Source: Eledone cirrhosa (taxonomy: Eukaryota). Taken from it: a stretch of 64,000 nt of DNA. The stretch's first letter is position 1. Every line of letters starts with the position of its first letter. The stretch is from NCBI GenBank assembly GCA_964016885.1, contig OZ024743.1, positions 21,452,001 through 21,516,000 of the forward strand. The letters run 5' to 3'. Below are positions 14,058 through 29,668 of the stretch, piece after piece. Both the position numbers and the translations under genes were made by a program. The notes under the pieces were generated by a model that saw nothing but the letters and a program-made list of their open reading frames with translations, was not told the origin of the DNA and searched no databases.

Positions 14058-14392
14058 ATCATCATCATTTCATTTTACGTCCTCTTTTCTCTGCTTGCAA
14101 GGGTGGGACGGGAACTGATTCTGGCTTGATTTCTACAGCTGGATGCCCTTCCTAACACCAACCTCATTTACAGTGAGTTCTGGGTGCTTTGTTGTCGTGG
14201 CACCTCCACGACCACTTTGCAGTGGAATGATAGGGACCCCAGTCCCTATCATCTCATTTCTACAGCTGAGTAAACTGGAGCAATGTGAAATAAAGAGCCT
14301 TGCTCAAGGAAACAACACATCACCTGGTCTGAGAATTGAACTCACAACCTTTCGATTGCAAGGCCAATGTTCTAATCACTAAGCCATGTGCT
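14058..14392 (-). mobile_element. tRNA-derived SINE (family B), inverted partner of 13168-13510
   Basis: Reverse complement closely matches the 13168 copy (ORF track gives near-identical 79-aa spurious peptides on opposite strands). Confidence 0.85.
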
Positions 14393-14656
14393 CACAGAGG
14401 AGATTATTTGAGGGATTGTGATAAAGGGAGAGATGCTCTGCTGAAAAAGACTCATCCAACCCATGTTAGCATGGTAAAACAGATGTAAAATAATAATTGT
14501 TTCTACGTTAGGCACAAGGCCAGCAATTACCCAGTGTATTACTGGTACTTTATTTTATCGACCCCGTAAGGATGAAAGGCAAAGTTAACCTCGGCGGGAT
14601 TTGAACTCAGAATGGCAAGGGCCGTAACTCTATGCACCAAAGCATGGCATCCGACA

Positions 14657-16382
<1,726 letters not shown>

Positions 16383-16470
16383 GGAGGTGAGTTTTATTGT
16401 AGTACAATAAAGCAATGCAGATATCGGATAAGAAGCACTCTACAGTTTGTAGGACTGGAGTATACATAAT

Positions 16471-16630
16471 ATATAAGATCAAAAGATGGTTAAAAGAGTT
16501 CCATGTATTTTATTATGCGCATTTCAAAAACAAATATCATCATGCAAATATTATTGCATGATGATATTTGTTTTTGAAATGCGCATAATAAAATACATGG
16601 AACTCTTTTAACCATCTTTTGATCTTATAT
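16471..16630. repeat. Perfect palindrome, 77-bp arms, 6-nt loop
   Basis: ATATAAGATCAAAAG...CATGCAA atatta TTGCATG...CTTTTGATCTTATAT, checked base by base. Confidence 0.95.
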
Positions 16631-16836
16631 ATATATATATATATATATATATGCAAAAGTTTTATTTAAAATTGTTGGGTTACAACAAGTAAATATTTTA
16701 AAACTGATATAAAGCACTCGACAAGTTTTTGGAGTAGATATACGATATTAAACAAATGGAAACTATATTTATAAAACCATTTTTATTTCATTATACATAT
16801 TTCAGGGATACCATATTAAAAATATGGCATGCCTTC

Positions 16837-18102
16837 GTCAGATAAAATACAATATATAAACAGTTTTATAAATAATTTTGACGTACCATAAATATAAGCG
16901 ACCATTAAGGTAGGAAGCTGGCTTGGTAGTGAAGTGTTTATAAATATTTAGTGTTAAGCACAGTTATAAAGAAAGACGGAGAAAAAGAAGAAATGTATGT
17001 AAAGAAAAACAGAGAGAAATAGAGAGAGATAGGGGAGAGAGAAATAGGGAGGAGGTGAAAAAAGAGAGGCAACTGAAGGCAACAGATGAATAATAATAAT
17101 TCATCATACAAATTGAGAGATTTAAGAGGGAGGAAGTACGGTAATTATTTAGTTATAGTGTTAAGCACAGTTAGAGAAGAGACGGAGAGAAAGAAAAAAT
17201 GGAGATGAAGAGAAAACAGAGAGAGAGAGAGAGAGGTGGGAGGAAAAGAAAGAGGGAGAAAAAATAATAATAATTGTATAGGGGGAGGTGAAAATCAAGA
17301 GAGAAATAAGAGAGAAACATGAGAGGCAAAGTCAAAACGACAGATATATAAACTTCATCATATATAAAGAGAGAGGAGAAGAAAGAGCTATATCTAGAGA
17401 GAGGGATGATAGAGTTACATCTTTACGTCATGTCCTATCAATTTGAATTATCAATTCATATGAACTGGGTAATATAATGTAAATATCAATATTCATGAAT
17501 GAGACATAGATATATAATGTGTGAAAATAATTTTGCTCAATAATGACCATATGTTTAGTTTAAAACTCTGAGGTCAATGTACCAAAAACTGAGATAAATC
17601 TTAAAAAAAAAAAAAATAAATAAATAAAAATTACCCTATTTATAAAAATACGGAGATATCTAAGTATATACACATACATACACATGCATATGCACTTTCT
17701 GAAAAAAGAAAAGAAAAAGAGAAAGAGAAAGTCATGTCAAGCTCTAGTTGATAATATCTCTTCTCTAACTGTGCTTAACACTATAACTAAATAATTACCG
17801 TACTCCCTCCCTCTTAAATCTCTCAATTTGTATGATGAATTATTATTATTCATCTGTTGCCTTCGGTTACCTCTCTTTTTTCACCTCCTCCCTATTTCTC
17901 TCTCCCCTATCTCTCTCTATTTCTCTCTGTTTTTCTTTACATACATTTCTTCTTTTTCTCCGTCTTTCTTTATAACTGTGCTTAACACTAAATATTTATA
18001 AACACTTCACTACCAAGCCAGTTTCCTGCCTTAATGGTCGCTTATATTTATGGTACGTCAAAATTATTTATAAAACTGTTTATATATTGTATTTTATCTG
18101 AC
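16837..18102. repeat. Inverted repeat, ~345-bp arms (16837-17182 / 17758-18102)
   Basis: CGTCAGATAAAATACAATATATAAAC... mirrored by ...GTTTATATATTGTATTTTATCTGACG with few substitutions. Confidence 0.9.
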
Positions 18103-18367
18103 GTGAGTACGTACCGGTTCAACGGAGACGATAAAAACAAATAACGAAACGAAATTAAATTTCGTTTCGTTTGTAACTCACTTTTGTATGACTGACACAC
18201 TTCGTATATATATATATATTCGTTTCGTTATTTGTTTTTATCGTCTCCGTTGAACCGGTACGTACTCACGCTCTATGCAAATTGGTCTGCCCACTACTAA
18301 TTTTCATAGAAAAAGCATATAACGATATGTGCTTTTACGATTCTCTAGAGAGGCCGGAAGATAGGTA

Positions 18368-18412
18368 AATATTGCTGATGAGATGTAACAACATCGAAAC
18401 TAGTTCAATATT
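18368..18412 (+). ncRNA. Minimal type-I hammerhead ribozyme
   Basis: Stem I AATATTG/CAATATT; core CTGATGA; stem II GATGT-AACA-ACATC; GAAA; palindromic minimal stem III AC-TA-GT; putative GUU cleavage triplet. Confidence 0.8.
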
Positions 18413-18833
18413 CCTTGTCTGGCTTTCTGGAGAATAGAGGAAAGGTGTTTCCTCAAAAACCAGTATGACTCTAAAAACCGGTTTGTCTGTGTGTTTACAT
18501 ACAGAATAGCTGGACACTCACAGTAAAGTGACCAGTGAAAAACTCGGTACATCTACATATGTATACGTGTGTGTATTCATATGCATACTAGTATTTCAGT
18601 ATACATATGTGGATGTACATTTTTAACTTAATTGTTTAAGCGTCAGTCATACAAAAGTGAGTTACAAACGAAACGAAATTTAATTTCGTTTCGTTATTTG
18701 TTTTTATCGTCTCCGTTGAACCGGTACGCACTCACGCTCTATGCAAATTAGTCTGCCCACTACTAATTTTCATAAAAAAAGCATATAACGATATGTGCTT
18801 TTACGATTCTCTAGAAAGGCCGGAAGATAGGTA

Positions 18834-18878
18834 AATATTGCTGATGAGATGTAACAACATCGAAACTAGTTCAATATT
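18834..18878 (+). ncRNA. Minimal type-I hammerhead ribozyme (second, identical copy)
   Basis: Same sequence AATATTGCTGATGAGATGTAACAACATCGAAACTAGTTCAATATT. Confidence 0.8.
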
Positions 18879-19099
18879 CCTTGTCTGGCTTTCTGGAGAA
18901 TAGAGGAAAGGTGTTTCCTCAAAAACCAGTATGACTCTAAAAACCGGTTTGTCTGTGTGTTTACATACAGAATAGCTGGACACTCACAGTAAAGTGACCA
19001 GTGAAAAACTCGGTACATCTACATATGTATACGTGTGTGTATTCATATGCATACTAGTATTTCAGTATACATATGTGGATGTACATTTTTAACTTAATT

Positions 19100-20575
<1,476 letters not shown>

Positions 20576-20614
20576 ATATGATACATAAAGATATGATACA
20601 TATGATACATAAAG

Positions 20615-23140
20615 ATATTTTACTCAACGCCTACGACAGTAAAGAGGAACAGATAGAGACATTTAACGTAGAAGAGAACTGGGAGTTCCTAAAAAATAAT
20701 TTACTAGAGGCGACGGATGAGGTCTGTGGCTGGAGTAAGACCTCAAGCAGGAGGAGAGTGACTTGGTGGTGGAATAATAAGGTAGATGAAGCAGTTAAGG
20801 CCAAGAGACAGGCATGGAAAGAATGGAAGAATGGGGGGAGCAGGGTACATTATATAGAGACCAAGAGGGAAGCTAGGCGACAAGTATACTTAGCTAGGAG
20901 ATGAAGCAGAGGATAGAAAATTCAAGCATGTTTTACAACGTGAGGACCAGAAGCAGGAGGTATTCAAGATTGCGAGGCAGTGTGTCAGAGATAGTTGTGA
21001 TGTCATTGGAGAGAAGTGTATCTGGAATGATAAAGGTGAGCTTGCGCTCACAAGTGCTGAGAAGAAAGATGCATGGAAGAGTCATTATGATAGATTACTA
21101 AATGAGGAGAATGCATGGGAAGAAGAGACCCTACCCCAAGTAGACCCTATAGAGGGACCAGCAGTACAAGTCAGCAGCAGCGTAGTAAGTAAGGCAATCA
21201 AAGATATGAAGATGGGGAAGGCAACCGGTCCATCGGGTATAGCTGCCGAGATGCTGAAGGCATCTGGGTCTGTAGGTCACACTATAACCACACGTATCGT
21301 TAACCAGGTAATACTAGAAGAGGCCATACCAAAAGATTGGTGCAGTAGCATCATTGTCAACTGCTACAAAGGCAAAGGCGATGCACTAGATAGAGGAAAC
21401 TATAGAGGTATAAAGTTGATGGACCAGGTCATGAAAGTAACAGAAAGAGTTATAGCACAGCTGATTAGGGACCGGGTGAATATAGACGAGATGCAATTTG
21501 GGTTTGTACCAGGAAGAAGCACCACTGATGCCCTCTTCCTTGTGAGGCAATTACAGGAAAAGTACCTAGCTAAAAGTAAGCCACTCTACTTGGCATTTGT
21601 CGACCTTGAGAAAGCCTTTGACAGAGTTCCACGTGCTGTAATCTGGTGGGCTCTTAGAAAACTAGGATTATATGAATGGCTTGTGAAAGCGGTACAAGCC
21701 ATGTATAGGGGAGCAGTCAGCAAAGTTAGGATTAGCAATGAGTATAGCGAGGAATTTAGCGTACAGGTTGGGGTCCACCAGGGCTCTGTTCTTAGCCCTC
21801 TCCTGTTCATCATAGTCCTGCAGGCAATAACGGAGGAGTTTAAGACCGGATACCCATGGGAACTCCTGTATGCTGATGACCTCGCACTCATAGCTGAATC
21901 TATGGTAGAACTAGAGAATAAATTCCAAACCTGGAAGCAGGGACTAGAGAGAAAGGGTCTCAAAGTCAACATGACCAAGACTAAGGTCCTTGTAAGTAGA
22001 CGAGAAAACAGAACCCAGATCCCCTCGGGGAAATGGCCTTGCTCAGTATGTAGGAAAGGTGTAGGTAGGAACTCCATTCTCTGCCCCAAATGCAAACAAT
22101 GGGTACACAAGAGATGTAGCGGGATCTCAGGAAGCTTAATTAAGAATGTAGGATTCACATGCAGCAGCTGTGCTGAAACAGCAAGCAGCAAACAGCCACA
22201 GGAAACAAGTACCACCAATCTCTGGGAGGGCCCTGTAGAAACAGTAGACAGCTTCTGCTACCTAGGTGACCGAATTAGCAACGGAGGTGGGTGTTCAGAA
22301 AGTACAATAACTAGGGTAAGAACGGGATGGAAGAAGTTTAGGGAACTACTACCACTGCTAGCTGCAAAAGGCTTCTCCCTCAGAATGAAAGGCAGACTGT
22401 ATGATGCGTGTATCCGAACAGCGATGTTGCATGGTAGTGAGACCTGGGCGCTGAAGGTGGAAGACTTGCGTAGATTAGAGAGAAACGAAGCCTGCATGCT
22501 CCGATGGATGTGTAACAGTAATATACGTGAACGACAAAGCATAAATGAATTGAGAGAGAGACTGAGCATAAGAGGAATCAAATGCTGTGTGCAGGAGAGG
22601 CGGTTGCGCTGGTATGGACATGTGATGCGTATGAAGGATGACAGCTGCATAAAAAGGTGCAGAGCACTAGAAGTTGATGGAAACCGCGGAGTGGGGAGAC
22701 CCAAGATGACCTGGGATGAGGTGATAAAAGCCGACCTTACCCAATTACACCTCTCAAAGACAATGACACACGACCGTGACTTCTGGCGTCATGCAGTAAT
22801 ACAGAGTACCCGACCTCCCATGGGTACATGCTGAAGCATATAAACAATATGCCCCCACACCCCCCACCGCAAGGTGGTCGTGGAGGTGCCACGGCAAAAA
22901 AGCACCCAGCCCACACTGTAAAGTGGACGTGTAGGCGCCACGAAAAAGCACCCAGCACTCACTGTAAATGAGATTGGTGTTAGGAAGGGTATCCAGCTGT
23001 AGAAATCAAGCCAGATCAGTTCCTGTATGAGCAAGGCATGGTCAGCCGACCAGACACTGCACACAACAGGACAACCCGTCTAACCCATGCTAACGTGGAA
23101 GAACGGACGTAAAACGGTGATGATGATGATGATGATGATG
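20615..23140 (+). mobile_element. 5'-truncated RTE-clade LINE with a long open RT ORF (21206-22834), inserted in (TA)n
   Basis: KGKGD..NYRGIKL, QFGFVPGRSTTD, FVDLEKAFDRV, GVHQGSVLSP, LLYADD, C4HC3 finger, [16 protein letters not shown]; one frameshift near 20900; (GAT)n tail. Confidence 0.95.
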
Positions 23141-23171
23141 ATATATATATGTATATATGTATATATATATA

Positions 23172-23851
23172 TATCATCATCATCATCATCATCATCGTTT
23201 AACGTCCATATTCCACGCTTGCATGGGTCTGGACGGGGGTTTTCCCACTTGAAGCAAGAGTGGTTGTCTTGCTCGCATAGGACTGTCTGGCGGGTTTTCT
23301 ACGGCTGGATGCCCTTCCTAACACCAACCACATTTACAGTGTGGACTGGGAGGTTTTTACCGTGTTACCTACATGGCCACATTACAGCGTGGACTGTGTG
23401 TTTTTTTGTCGTGACATCTACACAACCTCATTTGTTTCGGACTGGATGTTGTGGTACCAACATAACTTTAAATTGAAAGGGGTGGTGTGGATGGGTTGTA
23501 GGTAGTGGGACGGGGGTGTATTTTGTTAGAGGTGCCTACTGATTGTAGTAGGTTTCACTTTGTACTTAGGTAAGGAGGGTCTTCTCTATTACTGTGTAGC
23601 GCCAAAGCTCTCGGTCCAGTGACATTGTCTTGGAGAGGTGTAAGTGTGTGAGGTCGGAATTTATCAAGTCGTCCCAGGTTTTTCTGGGTCTGCCTACTCC
23701 GTAGCTACCGTCTATTTTTATTGCCCTGCACTTTTTTATACAGCTGTCGTCTTTCATACGCATCACGTGACCATACCAACGTAGTCTTCTCTCGAGTAAT
23801 ATATATATATATATGCATCACGTGACCATACCAACGTAGTCTTCTCTCGAG

Positions 23852-23855
<4 letters not shown>
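23172..23855 (-). mobile_element. RTE LINE 3' fragment
   Basis: [28 protein letters not shown] plus 3' UTR and (GAT)n; closely similar to 11785-12400. Confidence 0.85.
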
Positions 23856-23902
<47 letters not shown>

Positions 23903-25107
23903 GCTACGACTTCATTTATACCATAAACGTGGTTTTGTCTTTGCGTGTAATTGTTTTCATCGCTCCAAATAATGACGTATTATCTTCGTTTTTTCCCGTT
24001 CTTTGCCAGGGAACGTTTCTACGAACCAAAGTATCGTCTTCCTGTCTTTCTCCGGTTGCAACGTTTTTTGAAATATTTACTTCTGCGTTCACAGATTGAC
24101 TTTTTTAGTTTCAGAAGATCCCGTTAATGGTGAAAGCAGCGATTCTTTGCTTAAACTTTAATCTGTTATTTTAATAAATATATATATATATTATCCTTTT
24201 AACATATGCTTTCCCTGCTAGTTGGACGGGTCTAATAGGTACTGACTTAAAAAATGATTAAGAAAATTAAATTAAAGGAAATTATTTGATTACATACCTG
24301 CTTTGCTGCTCCAGTCAAAAGACACCTGTTTTCCATTGTCTCCATGTTGTGTTGTCTCATATGCATCATTCCATTGGCTTTTTCAAGTCATTGTGCAAAC
24401 TAGACTAAATATTATGCAATCACACCCTTATTCATGAAATTGCATTCTCTAGGGAGTACTACGTTTAATTACCTGTCGATCAGGTTCTTTTTTACATTTT
24501 AGTCTGATGCTGATTTTTGCAAGGCTTCCAAAAATTGACGTCAGGGGGGGTAACTCATTGTTACTGGGTTAGAAAACAGCATGTCAGGGAACTTTGCTAG
24601 AAGCACTCAAGGGCCAAGATGGTGGTGTTAAACACAGGCAGAGCATCTGATGGTTTGCACATACCGATTCTGCCAACCCAGTTTCACTGACACGGCTTGG
24701 ATCCACCTAAAGCTATGGTAGACACTTTGTCAACATATTGTGCAGTGGGTTCAAGCACAGAACTAAGAGATTGTAAAATGAAGTTATCTCAGTCATGCCT
24801 GCATATTTGTTGAATTTACCATGACATACTAAGTGGAGGCAACATTTTCAGTAGTAACCCAACAATCCAATGCCTTACAGAATAATACTGCCAACCGGCT
24901 ACAGATTGTTTTTCTCAAAACATTATTTGAATTAAAAACTTATCATCATCATTTTTACATCAACTTTTCCATACTGGCATGGGTTCAATGGGATTTTTAG
25001 GCAATGTTTTATCTCAGAATGCCCTTCCTGACACCAACCCTTTTGTTGCTTTTTACAAAATGCAGAGTGTACCTGTTCTAAACTGGATATATTTTTTACT
25101 TTTACAG

Positions 25108-25240
25108 AATTGAAAGCAAGTGATCAGACCATCATCTCATATGCAAATGATATCTGTTGTTTACTACACAGAATTAAGAAAGAGTTGAAATATAATGTCA
25201 GAACCTATGATCACATTTACAATGCAATTTGTATACTGAA
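25108..25240 (+). CDS. TBK1: TBK1/IKK-epsilon-like kinase exon (start of scaffold/dimerisation domain)
   Basis: tttacag|AA...AA|gtaagt; ELKASDQTIISYANDICCLLHRIKKELKYNVRTYDHIYNAICIL; phase 1 start matches previous exon. Confidence 0.75.
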
Positions 25241-25914
25241 GTAAGTTATGAGTTTTATGTTCACTTATAAGATATATCTTTTCATTTTTCCTCATTCATG
25301 TGTTGAAGAAAAGAAAAGTTATAAATGACGAGTCACTTTAATATGGTCAATGACATTGTAATTTCTCTAGTGATGGTGTTACAATAAAATGTATTTAGTA
25401 CTCTTTGTAAAGTGGCTAGTGTTAGCTTGAGTTTCCCACCAGACATAGAAAGAAAGCCAAAAGTATAATGTACAAGCATGAGGTGGGCCTTTGATTCATC
25501 AAAGAGGGCAGTAACTCCAAATATGAACTGACTCACACTGTGTTGACTCATCCAACCCATACCAATATGGAACCAGACTTAATAATGATGATGATGATGA
25601 TGATACAACTCTCTAATATATTATAATGCTTGTTTGTCTTCTATTTATTTATTGCTTATTCCATTTTAGAATAGGAATTAATAATTGTTTCTACTTTTGG
25701 GCACAAGGCCAGCAATTAACCAGCACATTACTGGTACTTTATTTTATCGACCCCGTAAGGATGAAAGGAAAAGTTAACCTCAGCGGGATTTTAACTCAGA
25801 CCATAAAGGGCCGTAACTCTTTGCTGCAAAGCATGGCGTCCTACCCTCTATCGATAATGCTAATAATTTTTCAATATACACTATAGCAAATTATGTTAAG
25901 AGTATAATAATGAT

Positions 25915-27525
25915 AATAATAATAATGAAATTATTGTGTACAGTGCCCAGGTGCATTACAACTCATCAAAGGTGCATGTATAGTACATAGAATAAGGTAC
26001 AAATGTCAGGAAAGTGAACAGTGTAGGAGTCATGATATACATACAGATACATGCGTGTGTACGGAGGCAGAATAGCAGGTGTAGTGTAGGCGAATTTTGG
26101 GAAGCATGGAGATTTTGTAGGATGCAGTGTCCCAACAGCTAACAACTAATGCAGGTAGTTTGTTCCATGTTTCAGCAACTCTGAGCATGAAAAAATGTTT
26201 TAGAAAGTGATGAGAGCTGTGCTGGCTTCTGACTTTGTAGGCATGGGTGTTAGACACATGGCATTCAAAAGGTACTCAGGGTTGTTGTTGGCAAGATGGT
26301 TAATCATTTTGTGGGTGTTTACCAAGCCTGTTGCCAGATGTCGGAGTTTCAATGTATCCATGCCCAGGGAAGCAAGGCATTCGAAGAATGGTAGATGCCT
26401 GATGGAGGGTATTTGCTTGGTTGCACATCTCTGAGCAAGATAGGGGTTCCAGACTGGTGATGCAAATTTTAAGTGTGACCGCACCATAGCTATATACAGC
26501 CTTAAATAGATAGCTGGGGAGCAGCTGACAAAGGTTTTACTGAGTGGCACCAAGACACCCTTGGCCTTCTTAACAATTTTAGAGATGTGCTTTGTCCAAC
26601 GCAAAGCACTGCTGACAATAATGTCCAGGTTACATTCACAAGAAGACTTCTTGAGATTAGTGTTGTGGAGGGAGTATGTGGACGTTGGATTTTTCCTCCC
26701 AAAATGCATGGTGGTACACAAGAAACTTGATAAGTTGATCACAGCAGCTGGAGTTAGGGATAAATCCTAACTGCGAGGGTCAGATGAGGCTGAAAGAATT
26801 CCAGAAGTTCCAGAGTGTTTCTCTGACACAGGATTCCATCAGTTTGGTGATGCAGCTAATAAGACTAACTGGACGATAGTTGACAGGTGATGTGTGGTCA
26901 CCCTTTTTGAACAGAAGAATGACACTAGCAGTTTTCCACTGCTTTGGGGTAACACTGTTCTCAAGACAGAATTGAAAGAAGAGTGAAAGCTGGTGCAGAA
27001 GAAAGTACCCACCATGTTTGAGAAGCAGGTACATAACATCATCAAGACCAGGAAAGGCATAGTTGCACATATTCTTAAGGTGATGTCACAGCATTGCAGG
27101 TGTAAATTCCATAGTTGTTCTAGAATTTGATGCCAGAGGTGGTGGAGATGGTACATTTTGGTTTTCAACAGTAAAATTGCCTGCATAGCATTCAGAAATG
27201 AGTTATTTGCATTCTTTGGGATTGTCAGTAATATGGCTTGTGTGGGGATTGTGAAGAGGACAAACTGGAGAGTGAGGTCTCTGCTTTGAATGTACATATT
27301 TCCAGAACAGTTTACTGTCAGGGTTGGTTGTTATGTGCTGTTCAAATTCAAGCGCTGCCTTTTTTGTCATCTGCTTGAGATGGTTGGATGATCTAGTGCG
27401 CTTTTTTCTATTGATATCCGATCTATGTAGTTTGTATTCCCGTTCAGCATTGCAAATTTCTGTCAAGTCGAACTGCTGCAGCCTCCCAAATTGCACTTTT
27501 GGGATGTATTTCAAAAATGTCATTA
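25915..27525 (-). mobile_element. CR1-clade LINE fragment (RT pseudogene, internally deleted)
   Basis: WKTASVILLFKKGD..NYRPVSLISCITKLMES; LRWTKHI..LYIAMVRSHLKFASPVWNPY; (ATT)n tail. Confidence 0.85.
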
Positions 27526-27706
27526 TGTTTATAGCAGGTTGACCATTAGTTTAAGCTATGACTAAATGTTCCTTAGGGTGCCTCCATAATATTATGTGTT
27601 TTATGATTTGCATGTCTTCTATAAATTCTATAGTAATATCAGTAAAATACAACCTCTCCCAACAATGGTTAAAGTTGAATTTTTTTTGTTTTTTCTTCTT
27701 TTACAG

Positions 27707-27767
27707 TTCATTAACTTTAACAGAAATGAGGTCATGTGAGGAGGTGCTCAAACACATTTCTCTGCCT
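27707..27767 (+). CDS. TBK1: TBK1/IKK-epsilon-like kinase exon (scaffold region)
   Basis: Strong polypyrimidine tract, ttacag|T...CCT|gtaagt; SLTLTEMRSCEEVLKHISLP; phases fit both neighbours. Confidence 0.65.
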
Positions 27768-29049
27768 GTAAGTTCAACTTTGTATACATACATGTAAATC
27801 TAGACATACATGTGTGTGTATGTATGTGCATCATTATCATCATCGTTTAACATCTATTTTTCATGCTAGTATGGGTAAGATAGGTTGTCTCATTTGAGGC
27901 TAATCAGGTCAAGTGACCGTGTCTTGCACATACAGAACTATTTCTGGCTTGGTTTCTATGACTGGAAGCACTTCCTAATGCCAATCGCATTTACAGTGTG
28001 TGCTGGATGATTTGTGTTGTGACACATGTGCATTACAGTGTGGACTGGGTGCCTTTTATCGTGGCATTATAACAACCACTTTACCGTGCGGGCTGGGCGC
28101 TTTTTGCTGTGGCACCAACACAACCATTTTACAATGCAAGGGGTGTAAAGGCATAGGAAAAGGGTGGGGTGATTAGGATGTGGATGGAGTGTTAAGGTGT
28201 GGGAGGTTTATGGAAGGTGAGGAAGATAGAGGTTAAGTGGTGTATACTAGATATATGCTTCAACCCATTCTCATAAGAAGGCAGGTCTTCTGTATTACTG
28301 CATTACACCAAGGGTTGTGACGATCATCACATACCTACCTTCAGCAAATGTTTTTCATAAACATCCCATATATTATTAAATATACGATATGTACATGAAG
28401 ATGTATATTGCTATGTCGGAGCACCAATACCAATTTTTAATCTATGCTGGGCTAGCTACCGCTCCATATGCAAATGAGTTTCATCAGCTCATAAACATAA
28501 GCAGAATTCCATAAGAATCCAGCTTAGTTTAGCTTCAGCAAAGCGGGGAGATACATAGTCTTGACAAACACTTATAAGTCAGAAATGGTAGTTTCGTCAA
28601 TTACTTCCCCTTGCTTTTGCTGAAACGAGGTATGTGACGATCATTACAACCTTAAAATTCATAGTAAAAGGCCTTCCAGATGTTTTTCATAAACATCCTA
28701 TATATTCGTAAATATACAATATGTACAGTCATATGTATATCTCTATGTCGAAACACTATACAAATATATATATATACATTTAGATTTTTATTAGGCTCCG
28801 ATGAGTGTGTAATGTTAGTGTGTATGAACATAGCATCAGCAAACTGACGGAAGCTGGTATAATATAGTTCAATACAAATTAGTCATTACTTCCAGCACTT
28901 TGCATTCTGTGTTCAAATCTTAATGGGGCTGTCCGATTCTCTGTGGGTAATTATGTAAGAACAAATTTTGTAAGTGGAAATTTATTGAATTCGCTGTTTT
29001 CTCCATGGAAAATATTGGGTTTTATGCAGAAAATGAACTTATAAATATT

Positions 29050-29380
29050 TAATTGGTGAACATCATAGAGCCACTACTTCTCTGAATTGAGAGATCACAG
29101 CTCTGATACTGTGGGCATGTGGTTAGAATGTCTCGGGAAAGAATCGCTGGACAGATTTTATGGGTAAAAATCAACTGGCAAGAGACCCAGGGGTAGACCC
29201 TGAGCAAGATGGTTGGATAACATCCATGAGCTTGACTGGTCACGTTTGGGGATCCAGCCATATCAGTTGAAGACAGTTGCTTCTGACAGGACCCACTGGA
29301 GGGAGTGTTTGAGGACTCTGCCCCCATGACCCTCTCAGAAAAAAGTGGGTGAGAATAAGCGGAAGAAGCATCATAGAGCA
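29050..29380 (+). mobile_element. Old RTE-like LINE 3' fragment
   Basis: Degenerate IEPLLL*IERSQL*YCGHVVRMSRER, resembling the RTE C-terminus. Confidence 0.55.
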
Positions 29381-29594
29381 ACATGTAAACTCTCAGTTAC
29401 CAAAGATAGCAATGGAGCTCCAAACCTTAGTTGAAGCTTTCTTCCATATTATTTACAATTTTATTGTCTGAATGTCATGGTATTGGAGGTTACTCTCACT
29501 AAAAATTGATGTTTTTGTGTTCAATCAAAAATGAAAACGATTATTATGAAATTATGTTATAAATATATTTATTTTCACCTTCTTTTTCCTCAAG

Positions 29595-29668
29595 GATGAA
29601 CTCATAGGAATGCTTGAAAATGTCTCTCTATATAAAGAGTTTCAATTTGAAAATACGTCTAATCAAGA
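29595..29668 (+). CDS. TBK1: TBK1/IKK-epsilon-like kinase exon (scaffold region)
   Basis: tttttcctcaag|GAT...GA|gtaagc; DELIGMLENVSLYKEFQFENTSNQ; phase 0 to 2 fits. Confidence 0.65.

Larger units (their letters stand above)
18219..19098 (+). repeat. Direct duplication with 466-bp period, each copy carrying a hammerhead motif (Penelope pLTR/retrozyme-like)
   Basis: Identical spurious ORFs at 18335 and 18801 (offset 466); an inverted copy of the unit start lies at 18103-18195. Confidence 0.85.

Noticed and set aside
21206-22834. Active autonomous retrotransposon or prokaryotic RT system (retron/DGR)
   Set aside because: Clear RTE LINE motifs; 5'-truncated with no endonuclease and frameshifted near 20900
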